From: Gammaproteobacteria bacterium
Lineage (GTDB): Bacteria > Pseudomonadota > Gammaproteobacteria > Ga0077536
DNA: 64,000 bases
Direction: 5' to 3'
Assembly: GCA_963662545.2 (NCBI GenBank)
Contig: CAXXLL010000003.1
Span: 2,784,001-2,848,000 of the forward strand
Below the pieces are notes generated by a model. That model made no database searches and was not told where the DNA came from. It was given only the letters and a program-made list of their open reading frames with translations. This document shows, in pieces, positions 41,245-51,746 of this stretch. The translations under genes were made by a program, and so were the position numbers. The first letter of the stretch is position 1. Each line of letters begins with the position of its first letter.

Positions 41245-42705
41245 ATGGAAATTTCGGGGTACGACATTAAAAGTGTTATCGGCCAGGGCGGCATGGCAAT
41301 CGCGTACCTTGCCGAGCAGAAATCGCTTAAGCGCCAGATCGTCCTCAAAATCGTCGATTCCACCGTCAACGAATCGCCCGAAACCGTCAAGCGATTCCTG
41401 AATGAGGCGCGCATCATCGCCTCGCTGAACCATCCCCATATCATCACTATTTTTGACATCGGCCAGAGCGAGGACAAAGTTTATATTTCGATGGAGTTTG
41501 TCGAGGGCGGTGATCTCAAGCAGCGCATGATGCACAAGGTATTTGCTCCCGTGGAGGCCATCGACGTAGTCGAAAAAGTTGCAGCAGCGCTCGCGGCTGC
41601 CCACGAAAACGGGATCGTTCACCGTGATGTCAAACCCGGAAACATTCTATTCCGCAAAGACGGAACGCCCCTGCTCAGCGATTTTGGGATCGCCAAGCGA
41701 TTGAGCGGCGATTCGGATCTCACGTCGACCGGAATGTTCCTCGGCAGCCCCAATTACATGGCGCCCGAACAGTCGGAAGCAGGGCCGATTGACGGCCGCG
41801 CCGACATTTATGCGTTGGGCATCATCCTCTACGAAATGCTGACGGGCGAACGGGCATATACCGCCGATTCCGTCATTGACGTCATCGTCATGCACAAGAA
41901 GTCACCGATACCGACCTTGCCCGCGGGACTAGAGGCATTCCAGGAACTGCTCAACCTGATGATGGCGAAAGATCGCAATGATCGATTCCGCGATGCGCAG
42001 AGTCTCATCCATTACATCGAACAGATGCGCAAAGTCGGGACGATCAAGTCCAAGGCGGAAATGGCGGGTCACCCGGACTTCGATATCACCCGTGAAGATG
42101 ATATCGAAGGAGAGACGACGACACCGGTAACGCGGATCACCCTCGAGCAACGCAGGTCACCGCTACGGGCGTTGTCGCTGGGGAAACTCGCGATGGTCGG
42201 CATGTTGGTGATATGCGGAATCGGCTGGGGAATACTCCTGACCATCGAACGGGGCATGGAACCGCAGGCGATACCACGTGACGTAATGCCGGCCACGTTC
42301 GATAAGATATCCCTGCCGCCGCCGGATGAGCTGCCTGCCCAAAGCGCCGCAGCGGCAACGGACGATGAAAAGATCGCCCGGGCGCTGCTATGGCTCGGGC
42401 GTCACAGCCTGGACGATTTCCGGCTGACGGCGCCGCTGCGCGATAACGCTTACTATTACTTTACGCGCCTGTTGCAAATCGATCCGGAAGACTCGCAGGC
42501 CCGTGACGGCATTCTCGAAATCGCTGGCCGGTACGCCATGCTGGCCGAGCGCGAAATCGCGCAGGACCATTTCGAAGCGGCGCGCGGCTATATCGGGATC
42601 GGACTGCAGATCGATCCACACAATGAATCACTACGGTTGTTGCAGGAACTTGCGGTGCCGAGTCAGGGGGGCTTTTTCGACGCGCTCGCGAGCTTTTTCA
42701 AGTAA
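41245..42705 (+). CDS. Membrane-anchored Hanks-type Ser/Thr kinase
   Basis: GQGGMA, HRDVKPGN, DFG, YMAPE; TM segment; TPR-like tail. Confidence 0.94.
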   Translation: MEISGYDIKSVIGQGGMAIAYLAEQKSLKRQIVLKIVDSTVNESPETVKRFLNEARIIASLNHPHIITIFDIGQSEDKVYISMEFVEGGDLKQRMMHKVFAPVEAIDVVEKVAAALAAAHENGIVHRDVKPGNILFRKDGTPLLSDFGIAKRLSGDSDLTSTGMFLGSPNYMAPEQSEAGPIDGRADIYALGIILYEMLTGERAYTADSVIDVIVMHKKSPIPTLPAGLEAFQELLNLMMAKDRNDRFRDAQSLIHYIEQMRKVGTIKSKAEMAGHPDFDITREDDIEGETTTPVTRITLEQRRSPLRALSLGKLAMVGMLVICGIGWGILLTIERGMEPQAIPRDVMPATFDKISLPPPDELPAQSAAAATDDEKIARALLWLGRHSLDDFRLTAPLRDNAYYYFTRLLQIDPEDSQARDGILEIAGRYAMLAEREIAQDHFEAARGYIGIGLQIDPHNESLRLLQELAVPSQGGFFDALASFFK

Positions 42706-42716
42706 CCGCTCGTGAG

Positions 42717-43262
42717 TTAGTACGCTTGCCGCTCCGCAGGTTCCGCCTGCTGTGGGAGAAGGTCGATCAAGGATCGCGCTTGTTCCAACTGGCGTTGGTC
42801 CCAGGCATCGATGAGCGCCCTCAGCGCCGTTGCTTTATCGCTGAATTCGGCTGCGATGTCTTCGGATGACGATGCGCTAGCAACCTGTTCTTCGGCGAAG
42901 TCGCTTGCGACCGCACCGACATCGACGCCGAACTCGGTCGCTTTCTCCATTGCGGCGTGCAGTTCCTTTGCATTTTTTTCGGCCTCTTCTTCCATCGATA
43001 TACTGCCGCCGTCGTATTCAAAGGCTTCGGAACGCAATCGGAGGCGTTGGGTTTCCGCTACTTGAACGGCGGTATCGTCGACCAACTCACTGTTTTCGAA
43101 CACGAAAACGCGCGGCCCTTTCTCGAAGCTTCGATACCATGACGGTGCTGTACCGGATAGCTGTACGGTACCGGAGGCTGGGTTCGTCCACTGGTACATC
43201 CGGGCCTGCGCGGCACCGGTTAGAATCAGAACTGATACCAAGGTGATCAGGAGCGTGCGCAT
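42717..43262 (-). CDS. Secreted hypothetical protein
   Basis: Signal peptide followed by MYQWTNP..G (DUF4124-like start). Confidence 0.65.
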   Translation of the reverse strand: MRTLLITLVSVLILTGAAQARMYQWTNPASGTVQLSGTAPSWYRSFEKGPRVFVFENSELVDDTAVQVAETQRLRLRSEAFEYDGGSISMEEEAEKNAKELHAAMEKATEFGVDVGAVASDFAEEQVASASSSEDIAAEFSDKATALRALIDAWDQRQLEQARSLIDLLPQQAEPAERQAY

Positions 43263-43330
43263 GGTATTTGCAACCGAGTTTGACATCCTCCACCGAGTAT
43301 AACAGCGGACTGCGGGAAATTCGTCAGCGC

Positions 43331-45955
43331 ATGCACTTTCATCCGCTCAGCGAATTGGCTGCGCACCGCGGCACAATCGTCGTGCCCGATGCTGCGGGTG
43401 CACGTCTGTTACGCGCGGTACTCGATTACCTAGCGCGTGCACACGGTGAGAAAACCTGGCACTCGGCGGACATTCTCGCATGGCCAAGCTATCTGGCACG
43501 CGCGTTCGAGCAGTTATCAATGAACGGCGACTCGAACGCGAAAATCGACGTGGAATTCGTATTGTCTGCCGATCAGGAACTCGCGATCTGGGAAAGCGTC
43601 ATCGCTGCGGACTCCGCAGTTTCCCTTGCGGCGCCGGATCAGGCGGCGGTTCTCGCCCGGGAAGCCTCGCGCATCGTCCATCTTTGGGCGCTACCGCAGG
43701 ACCGGCTGTTGGAGGCCCCCGTCTCGGACGACGTCGCGGTATTCGGGCGCTGGAGCCACGCTTACCGGGAACGCACCGCGGCGCTTCGCGTGATCGAACA
43801 AGCTCGATTGGCTACACAACTTGCTCCGAGCGCGGTTCGCAGTAAATCTCCGCCGCTGGCACATGGATTCCTTGAGACTGCGCCCGCCATTACGCGTGTA
43901 ATGGAATCCGCCGGGATCGAAGCGCGGCGACTCCCGGATCGAACGGATGGCGATCGATCATTCGACTGCCGCGTGTTTCCCGATCGTGAAGCGGAGATCT
44001 ATGCCGCCGTACAGTGGGCGGCCGACCTTGTCTCAGCCGAACCGCAGGCGCGCGTCGTGATCGCCTGCGAAAACCTGGCGGCCGACGATATCCTCGTGCG
44101 ACGCTGCCTGACCGACGTGCTGGGAACGGACACGGCGAGCCCACCCGACCTGCACTTCTACCTGTCCGTGGAAACACCGCTTCTACGCTGTCCGCTCGTC
44201 CGCGACGCCGTGTCCATTCTCGAATTTTCATCCGTGCGGCCATGGGACGCTGTCAGCGGGTTCATCCGCAGCCCGCATATCCGCGCCGCCGCCGCCGAAC
44301 GTTGCGCGCGCGCAGCATTCGACTGTGAGTTACGCAGTTTGGGCCGCTATGAGTTGCCCGCTGCGTTCGTTGCCAATTACCTCGCAGACCGTGGCGCCGA
44401 TTGCCCAGAGTTCACAAACCTCTGGGTCGGATTGACGCGACTAACCGAACACGCCCCGCGCCGCCAGCGGATGGTGCAGTGGTTGGAACACTTCGATCGG
44501 TGTCTGAAGGTGGTGGGGTGGCCCGGCGACCGTGAGCCGGATCAGTCCACGGTGAGCATTCAGCGCCAATGGGGGGACGCCTGTGACCGGCTGCATCGCC
44601 TCGACGCGGTTTTGACGCCCGTCTCCAGGGGTGAAGCGTTGAATCGCTTGCGGCGTCTTTTGATGGACACGGCGGTGCGCGAGACGCCGTGGGCGTCGCG
44701 GATCTTCGTCGTCACGGCAGTCCAGGCTTGCATGCTCGAAGCTTCCCATCTATGGATTACCGGGTGCCGGAGTGATGCATTCGTCACCATGGCACGACCT
44801 TCAGGGCTCCTGCCTTTCGAGTTGCAGCGCAGGGCGGGTGTCCCCGGCGCGGAGTCGAACCGCGATCTATTCCGGGCGCGCGTCCTCATCGATGCGCTGG
44901 CTTGCAGTCCCGGCGTTCGCATCGCGAGCTATTCCGCAAGTGAAGGAGATATCAGGTACGCGGCGTCACCCTTGATCAGCGGTCTCGGCGCGGCCGCAAT
45001 GCGGGTGTCGCGGCCTTACGTGCCAGCGGCCTGGCGGCGGGCGCGCGAAGCCGCGCTCATGTCGAGCTTCGTCGATGTCCGCGGCCCGCCGCTGCCTCCC
45101 GGCGCCCGCGTCGTCGGCGGGGTCTCGATACTCGCGGCCGAGGCCGCTTGTCCGTTCCAGGCATTTGCTCGTCATCGCTTGTTGGCAACGTCGATCGAGG
45201 AACCGCGGCCGGGCATCGATGCGCGGGAAAAGGGTACGCTGGTTCATCGGACGCTGGCCGCCCTGTGGACGCAGATTCGCGATCAGCACACGCTCGCCAG
45301 CCTCGAACCGGACGAGCGCCGCCAGCTGGTGCGCGCTACGATCTCGAAAATTTTTAAGCCGTTGCCGTTCGAAACCCCCTTGGAGCGCGAAGTCTATTTC
45401 GTCGAACGCGATCGGCTCGCCGCGCTGATCGATGCATGGCTTGAGTTCGAAATTCAACTCGAGCGCCCCCCATATTCGGTGATTGCGGCAGAGCAGTCCG
45501 ACGCGGTGAAGTTCGGAGGTCTTGAATTTCGCGTCCGGGTCGACCGGGTCGACCGGATTGAAGGGGGTTCCGAAACCGTCGTCGATTACAAGACCGGGCA
45601 GTGCCGGCAAGCCGACTGGGCGCCGCCGCGGATGAACCAACCCCAACTGCCTTTCTACGCGCTGACCTATCCGTCAGAGAAAATCGACGCCATTGCTTTC
45701 GCCCGGATCGATCAGGTGAAACCGGCCTGGCTCCGGGTCCCGAGCGAAAAAGACACGGGCGGGGAATCGTTTGCCGAACTAAGTCGGGCCTGGCGGGCCG
45801 ATCTGGAAGATCTGGCACGCGGCATTCGGGAGGGGGATGCGAGCTTGGATCCAAAGCTCGGCGTTCAGACGTGCCGGTATTGCGAATTCGACTTGTTATG
45901 CCGCATCACCGAAGCCCGTGCACGGTCCGACCCTGGCAGTGAACAAGATGACTGA
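43331..45955 (+). CDS. AddB-like PD-(D/E)XK nuclease
   Basis: CPFQAFA, RVDRVD, DYKTG, CRYCEFDLLC. Confidence 0.87.
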   Translation: MHFHPLSELAAHRGTIVVPDAAGARLLRAVLDYLARAHGEKTWHSADILAWPSYLARAFEQLSMNGDSNAKIDVEFVLSADQELAIWESVIAADSAVSLAAPDQAAVLAREASRIVHLWALPQDRLLEAPVSDDVAVFGRWSHAYRERTAALRVIEQARLATQLAPSAVRSKSPPLAHGFLETAPAITRVMESAGIEARRLPDRTDGDRSFDCRVFPDREAEIYAAVQWAADLVSAEPQARVVIACENLAADDILVRRCLTDVLGTDTASPPDLHFYLSVETPLLRCPLVRDAVSILEFSSVRPWDAVSGFIRSPHIRAAAAERCARAAFDCELRSLGRYELPAAFVANYLADRGADCPEFTNLWVGLTRLTEHAPRRQRMVQWLEHFDRCLKVVGWPGDREPDQSTVSIQRQWGDACDRLHRLDAVLTPVSRGEALNRLRRLLMDTAVRETPWASRIFVVTAVQACMLEASHLWITGCRSDAFVTMARPSGLLPFELQRRAGVPGAESNRDLFRARVLIDALACSPGVRIASYSASEGDIRYAASPLISGLGAAAMRVSRPYVPAAWRRAREAALMSSFVDVRGPPLPPGARVVGGVSILAAEAACPFQAFARHRLLATSIEEPRPGIDAREKGTLVHRTLAALWTQIRDQHTLASLEPDERRQLVRATISKIFKPLPFETPLEREVYFVERDRLAALIDAWLEFEIQLERPPYSVIAAEQSDAVKFGGLEFRVRVDRVDRIEGGSETVVDYKTGQCRQADWAPPRMNQPQLPFYALTYPSEKIDAIAFARIDQVKPAWLRVPSEKDTGGESFAELSRAWRADLEDLARGIREGDASLDPKLGVQTCRYCEFDLLCRITEARARSDPGSEQDD

Positions 45956-48900
45956 CGAGCGCCCGGTCTGGGTCCGTGCACTGGATCCTGCACGTTCCTT
46001 TATCGTCCAGGCGCCGGCGGGATCCGGCAAGACGACACTGTTGACGAAGCGACTGTTGCGCCTGCTGACGACCGTCGAGCTGCCCGAGCAGGTCGTTGCG
46101 GTAACTTTTTCGCGCAAGGCGGCGGAGGAGATGCGTGCGCGTATCGTCGAGGCGCTCGAACTCGCGAGTGGGCCGGAGCCGGTAGACGCGTTTACCCGCG
46201 AGACTTACACGCTGGCCGCCGCGGTCCTCGAGCACGACCAGCGATTGGAATGGCACCTCACGGCGCAACCCTCGCGCCTGCGCATCATGACTATCGACGC
46301 GCTGTGTCTGAGTCTCGTGCGCCAAATGCCGGTCGCCGCTGGTATGACGAGTGCGCGGCCTGGCGAAGAAGACGCGCGGCAGCTCTACACCGATGCCGCA
46401 CGCGATGCTGTGAGCTCGATCGCCGACGGCGGCGCGTGGAGCAAATCCATCGCCCGGGCGCTCAGGCATGTCGACAACGACTGGGGCAAACTGGAGCGGC
46501 TGGTCGCCGATATGCTGGCGCGCCGCGACCAGTGGCTGCGCTTGATCACACCGGGCTCAGACCGCGAGGTTCTCGAAGCATCTTTCGCTCGCGTTATCAA
46601 CGGTGAATTGAAGCGTGCCGCCGATGTCATTCCGGACGATTTGAAGACGGCATTGGCCGCGATCGGCCGCTATGCCGGCGAGCATGCTGCGCGCGATAAG
46701 CCGGCATCGCGGGTCGCCGCGCTCGCCGGCCTCAAGGCCGCTCCGCCGGCCGAACTCGAACATCTCGCATGTTGGCAAGGTTTGACGGAACTCCTTTTGA
46801 CCCGCCAGGGTAACTGGCGCAAACGCATCGATAAGGGCATCGGATTTCCGAGTGATTCTCAAGATTGTGCCGCGCGAAAAGCCGAGCTGGCCAGCCTTAT
46901 CGAGGCTTTATCCGGGATTGCCGGGGCACGGCGGGCGTTCGGCGCCGTCGCCCGCCTGCCGGCACGCGCGTTCTCCGGTGAACAATGGGAAATCTGCCTG
47001 GCCCTGCTCGGGTTGCTGAAGGCCGCGACGGCCCACCTGATGGTATCGAACGCCCGCAGCGGCAAGACCGATTTCGTGGCGATCGCTTTGGCGGCGATCG
47101 AGGCGCTCGGGGGAAGTGAATCTCCGAGTGAGCTGGCGCTGCGTCTGGACTATCGGATCCAGCATTTATTGGTGGACGAGTTTCAGGACACCTCCGTGAC
47201 CCAGTTCCGATTGATCGAACGACTGACGGCGGGATGGACCGGCGAGGATGGCCGGAGCCTGTTCCTGGTCGGCGATCCGATGCAATCCATCTACCGCTTC
47301 CGGCAGGCGGACGTGCGCCTGTTTACGAATGTCCTGGACTGCGGGTTCCTCGGGAGCGTGCCGCTCGAACATTTGCAATTGACGGAGAACTTTCGTTCGC
47401 AGGCGCGTCTTGTGAAGTGGGTGAATGAAGCGGTACCGCTCGCGCTAGCCATGCTCGAAGCCGGCGAGATCCCCTTCGTCCAGCAACGGCCGGTCGCGGC
47501 GGAGACGGGTGTGCCCTTTAAATTTCACCCATTCGAGGCCTATGACGGTCCGGCGGAGACGGCCCGCGTTCTCGAGATCGTCAGCGATATTCGTGCCAGT
47601 GCGCCGCAAGCGAGTATTGCGGTCCTCGTGCGCAGCCGCTCTCACCTGGCCGGCATTACCGCGCGCCTGATGGAAAGCGGGTTCGCCGTGGCCGCCCGCG
47701 AGATCCAGCCGTTTGCGGAAATCCCGATCGTCGGCGACCTATTCGCCTTAACGCGTGCACTGCTGCACCTGGCCGATCGCGTTGCCTGGTTCGCGATCTT
47801 GCGCGCACCCTGGTGCGGATTGACCCTGGCGTCGCTGCATCGGGTGTCGCTTGAAAACCGTATGGTGTTCGAAGCGATGCATGCCGATGCGTGTGAGGCA
47901 TCGTTGGAGCCTGAGGAGCGGGTGCGCCTGGTGCGCACGCGAGGGGTGATGGCGCGCGCTTTGAACGCCGTGGGCACTATGGCGTTCGCCGAGCTTGTCG
48001 AGTGCACTTGGTTCGCGCTCGGCGGCGCCGCCTGCGTAGAACGCGAAGAGCAGTTCAGCGATGCCCGCGCCTACTTCGAGTTGCTCGCACAGTTGGAACG
48101 CGATGAAGTGGTGTTGACCGCGGAACGCATCGAGCTTCGGATTAGCGAGCTTTTCTCGGTGGCGCCGGGCGCGCACGCTAATGCGGTAGAGGTCATGACG
48201 GTCCATCGCGCCAAAGGCCTCGAGTTCGATTACGTCATCGTTCCGGGCGTGGGACGTAAGCCCCGCGCCGATCAAAAGCCTCTGCTGCTGTGGCGCGAGG
48301 ACGTCGACCACAGCGGGCATTCGACGCTTTTAATGGCGCCGCTGCCGAGCGGCGAGAGCGGTACGCTCTACGATTTCCTGCGCGAACGCGAGGCCGAGGA
48401 GACGGCGGCCGAAACGGTGCGACTGCTCTACGTGGCCGTCACCCGGGCTCGTCACGCCGTACATATGCTGGGACACGTCAAACGCGATCGAGACGGAGAA
48501 GCCCAACCCGCCAAGGGCACATTTCTGGAATTACTGTGGCCCGTCCTCGAGCGGGACTACGGAGCCGAGCGTGCTTTGGTCGCGCAGGGCATTGAACCCC
48601 GAGGCGGTCGACTCGCTGGTGGATCGACGCTGCGCCGGCTCGAGTCCGGCGCCGCCGCGCCCGATCGGGGTATAGATTTTAGGACGATCGATCCTCTACC
48701 AGCGATCATCGAATTCGACTGGGCCGGCGCCACCGCAAAACACCTCGGCACGGTCTCGCACCGGCTTCTGCAGGAACTCGGCAGCCGGGGTGCTGCGGAT
48801 CTACCGCCCTCGTGGATGCAGACGGCGAAACGGTTTGCGCGCGGCCAGTTGCGTGCGCTCGGCGTTCCCGGCGATGAGCTTGACGACGCTGTCGCGCAAC

Positions 48901-49259
48901 TCGGCGCATCGCTCGAGACGACCTTGGCCAGCGAACGGGGCCGCTGGCTTTTTTCCGCCGCGCAAAGAGAAACAGCCGCCGAACTGCCCTTGACTGCGCT
49001 TGACCAGGGCCAGACGGTGCACGTCATCATCGATCGCACGTTCGTCGATGCTGAAGGACGGCGCTGGATCGTCGATTTTAAGACCGGCCTGCACAGCGGC
49101 GGCTCCCTGGACGCCTATCTCGACTCCGAGGTACAGCGCTACCGTGCGCAGCTCGAACGCTACGGACGCATCATGTCGGCCATCGACGATCGCCCCATCA
49201 TGCTGGGGCTTTATTTTCCTCTCCTTGACGCCTGGCGGGAGTGGCCTTACGAAACTTGA
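45948..49259 (+). CDS. AddA-like UvrD helicase-nuclease
   Basis: APAGSGKT, VDEFQDTS, GDPMQSIYRFR, HRAKGLEFD, DFKT. Confidence 0.92.
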   Translation: MTDERPVWVRALDPARSFIVQAPAGSGKTTLLTKRLLRLLTTVELPEQVVAVTFSRKAAEEMRARIVEALELASGPEPVDAFTRETYTLAAAVLEHDQRLEWHLTAQPSRLRIMTIDALCLSLVRQMPVAAGMTSARPGEEDARQLYTDAARDAVSSIADGGAWSKSIARALRHVDNDWGKLERLVADMLARRDQWLRLITPGSDREVLEASFARVINGELKRAADVIPDDLKTALAAIGRYAGEHAARDKPASRVAALAGLKAAPPAELEHLACWQGLTELLLTRQGNWRKRIDKGIGFPSDSQDCAARKAELASLIEALSGIAGARRAFGAVARLPARAFSGEQWEICLALLGLLKAATAHLMVSNARSGKTDFVAIALAAIEALGGSESPSELALRLDYRIQHLLVDEFQDTSVTQFRLIERLTAGWTGEDGRSLFLVGDPMQSIYRFRQADVRLFTNVLDCGFLGSVPLEHLQLTENFRSQARLVKWVNEAVPLALAMLEAGEIPFVQQRPVAAETGVPFKFHPFEAYDGPAETARVLEIVSDIRASAPQASIAVLVRSRSHLAGITARLMESGFAVAAREIQPFAEIPIVGDLFALTRALLHLADRVAWFAILRAPWCGLTLASLHRVSLENRMVFEAMHADACEASLEPEERVRLVRTRGVMARALNAVGTMAFAELVECTWFALGGAACVEREEQFSDARAYFELLAQLERDEVVLTAERIELRISELFSVAPGAHANAVEVMTVHRAKGLEFDYVIVPGVGRKPRADQKPLLLWREDVDHSGHSTLLMAPLPSGESGTLYDFLREREAEETAAETVRLLYVAVTRARHAVHMLGHVKRDRDGEAQPAKGTFLELLWPVLERDYGAERALVAQGIEPRGGRLAGGSTLRRLESGAAAPDRGIDFRTIDPLPAIIEFDWAGATAKHLGTVSHRLLQELGSRGAADLPPSWMQTAKRFARGQLRALGVPGDELDDAVAQLGASLETTLASERGRWLFSAAQRETAAELPLTALDQGQTVHVIIDRTFVDAEGRRWIVDFKTGLHSGGSLDAYLDSEVQRYRAQLERYGRIMSAIDDRPIMLGLYFPLLDAWREWPYET

Positions 49260-49909
49260 ACCCGTGCGCAGTCCCGACCCTGGCGATAGCGCTCGCCGAT
49301 TCGGTTCAAGGCCAGGCCAACCAGCGGCGTCGCGAACAGATAAAAACCCGGCGGCAACGCGATCGCCGACACGTTGCCGGTCAGAACGACGTTGTCGAGG
49401 CGCAGTGTGCCGGCCGACGACGTCGCCCCTGCGGCTTCGAAGTCGATAACGAATCCTGCTGAAATCGGCGCCAGTGCGATCACAGTATCGACGGTTTCGA
49501 AGGCGGTCGTGACGACGCCGGACGCGAGGACTGCGCCGTTTACTAATACCTGCCACGAGCTGGGTCCGCTGGGCGAAGCGCGCAGATCGAAGTGCATGCC
49601 TTCGAGCGCGATCGCGAGATTCGGGTGAAAGGATAGTGCCAGATGGAAGGCGTTGCCGTTGGTAAAACCGCTCGTGGCCAATGCGCGGCCGGGATTGCCC
49701 GCGAATTCGGTCAGCAGGCCGAAATCGTCGCTCCACTCGGCTGTGGAGATCGCCGGATCGGCGAACTCGGGGACGAGCTCGAATTCACCTACGCCGTCTT
49801 CAAAGTCATAGACCAGCAACAAGGCACCGCTTGCCCCATCGATGTTGGACGCCAGCAGGGTGAAAAGTAGTAGGCAGGCGCGAACGCGCCGGTAGAAACG
49901 GATATCCAT
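49247..49909 (-). CDS. Secreted protein with VPLPA/PEP-CTERM-like sorting tail
   Basis: Signal peptide; C-terminal IALPPGFYLFATPLVGLAL followed by basic residues. Confidence 0.6.
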   Translation of the reverse strand: MDIRFYRRVRACLLLFTLLASNIDGASGALLLVYDFEDGVGEFELVPEFADPAISTAEWSDDFGLLTEFAGNPGRALATSGFTNGNAFHLALSFHPNLAIALEGMHFDLRASPSGPSSWQVLVNGAVLASGVVTTAFETVDTVIALAPISAGFVIDFEAAGATSSAGTLRLDNVVLTGNVSAIALPPGFYLFATPLVGLALNRIGERYRQGRDCARVQVS

Positions 49910-50057
49910 ATCCAAACTCCATTTTGTGATCATCCATGTTCGGGCGCGTCCGCGCGCCCGTGATCGACATTATTTCACACCCTTCGAAGTGATTCGAGCG
50001 TCGGATAGAGCAATGAGTTGGTTACGGGGTGCCGTCGATTCGCCCGCGAGCGGGCTC

Positions 50058-51470
50058 CTAGTCGTCCGGTTCGAGCTGCAGCAGCATCGCAGCTGGACCC
50101 GTCTCCACTTGGTGGATGAGTTCCGATTGCCGCTTGGCGCCGGTTTTGTGAAAGATGTGCTTGAGGTGCGTACGCGCCGTATTGACAGAAATGCCGAGCT
50201 GGCGCGCGCCTTCGTCGAGGCTCGCGCCACCGGCGAGCGACTGCACGAGCCTCGCTTCGGACCGTGTCAGACTAAATAATTGGCGCAGCACCGGGGCGGA
50301 CAATTCGCGATATCCGGGTATATCGAACAGCAGCAATACGACGTAAGGCGGCTCCCCCGACGCCGGGGTGCCCGTCGGTGATACAGTAACGACGACGACG
50401 ACACTGTGCTCCGCTTTAGCGTCCGTCAGGGTCAACATTTCACTGCTGGCGACGCCACGTGATTCGCCACGATCGGCGGCGCGCCGAACGAGCAAATGGA
50501 GTTCAGCGTGATTCTCGTCGTCGATCGCCATCACGTGGCTGCGCATCGCGAGAACGCCGGGACTCGCTTCGAGGATTTGCTCGGCGCTGGTATTGCTATG
50601 CACAACTTTCAGATTGCGGTCCACGAGAATGATACCGACGGGAAGCTGATCGATGACGAAGCGAAACGCCTCGACAAATCGCCGCAATGACGCCACGCTC
50701 ATGTGAGATGTATCAGGTCCGAAACGAAGCGCGACGCCGAAGTGGTTTCCCTGTGCGTCGCGCAACGGCGTCAGTATGTCCGTCACGCGGCCCCGTAATG
50801 CGCCATGTTTTCTGACCAGAGCATGTTCTTTCCCGCTGCTTAAAACGTCGCCGATGATCGCCTCCGCGTCCTGTGCTTCGATCCCGTACAGCGTCGTCAG
50901 AGCGTGGTCCAGGGGCTGCCCGACGATTGAATCCCGCGACCAGCCGGTGAGTTGCTCGGCGCCGCGATTGATGAAGCTGACATGGCCTTCGAGATCAGTA
51001 GTCAAGACGGCATCAGCGGTAGAAGGGATCTCCTCCAACGGAGCCGGGGTGGTCGATGTGGTGCTATCGTGGTCCAGGGCGAGATTGATCGTGGTCAAGA
51101 GGTCCTTGGTCGTAAACGGCTTATTGATAAACCCTGCTGGATGTGTCGCGCGAGCGCGGTCCAGAAGTTCGCGGTCCGCGTAGGCGGAGACGTAGACGAC
51201 CGGGATATCGAACTGCGCGCGAATACGGTGGGCGGCTTCGATACCGTCCATCCCATCGCCGAGCTTGATGTCCATCAAGATTAGATCTGGTTTGAGTTCA
51301 GCGGCTTTCTCGATCGCCTCAGTGGCGTCGGTGGCGATCGCCATGACGTCATAACCGAGGCCCCGCAGCCGCATGCGCAATGCACCCGCGACCGCCCGCT
51401 GATCTTCAACGACGAGGATGTTCGTTCCTGCCACGAGTATCGCTGCCAAGTTCGCAGATGCCGCCCGCAT
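50058..51470 (-). CDS. REC-PAS-PAS-LuxR HTH response regulator
   Basis: VVED, LMDI, KPF; PAS-like segments; LTRSE...TARTHLKHIF.KTG..RQ. Confidence 0.88.
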   Translation of the reverse strand: MRAASANLAAILVAGTNILVVEDQRAVAGALRMRLRGLGYDVMAIATDATEAIEKAAELKPDLILMDIKLGDGMDGIEAAHRIRAQFDIPVVYVSAYADRELLDRARATHPAGFINKPFTTKDLLTTINLALDHDSTTSTTPAPLEEIPSTADAVLTTDLEGHVSFINRGAEQLTGWSRDSIVGQPLDHALTTLYGIEAQDAEAIIGDVLSSGKEHALVRKHGALRGRVTDILTPLRDAQGNHFGVALRFGPDTSHMSVASLRRFVEAFRFVIDQLPVGIILVDRNLKVVHSNTSAEQILEASPGVLAMRSHVMAIDDENHAELHLLVRRAADRGESRGVASSEMLTLTDAKAEHSVVVVVTVSPTGTPASGEPPYVVLLLFDIPGYRELSAPVLRQLFSLTRSEARLVQSLAGGASLDEGARQLGISVNTARTHLKHIFHKTGAKRQSELIHQVETGPAAMLLQLEPDD

Positions 51471-51539
51471 CTGTCACTACTATACCGAACAGGGCGTTTA
51501 AAAGTCGCGTTTTTTCGACATTCCACTAAGCTCTAGGCG

Positions 51540-51564
51540 GATGTTAGATGTTAGATGTTAGATG
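51540..51564 (+). repeat. 7-bp tandem repeat (GATGTTA)x3.6
   Basis: GATGTTAGATGTTAGATGTTAGATG. Confidence 0.85.
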
Positions 51565-51746
51565 AACGGTTTCGAATTAGATGCGATACGGAATAAGCAT
51601 ATTCCATTTAATCATAAACGGAATTTGATAAAAATATGCGGCGAAAAAAGAGTTATATCGAGCAGCCCTGCGTGGCGCCTGAATTAATTCCGGCGACCAT
51701 ACCTGGAGACTGACGGCTCCGGGCTAGCCGATAGAGCTTCGACGGA

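Noticed and set aside
41116-41622. Long N-terminal extension of the Rsd ORF
   Set aside because: Antisense to the kinase gene; the Rsd-like region begins at about 41115.
43331-49259. Nuclease-helicase pair as a novel defence system
   Set aside because: Motifs and core context fit AddAB-type DNA repair.
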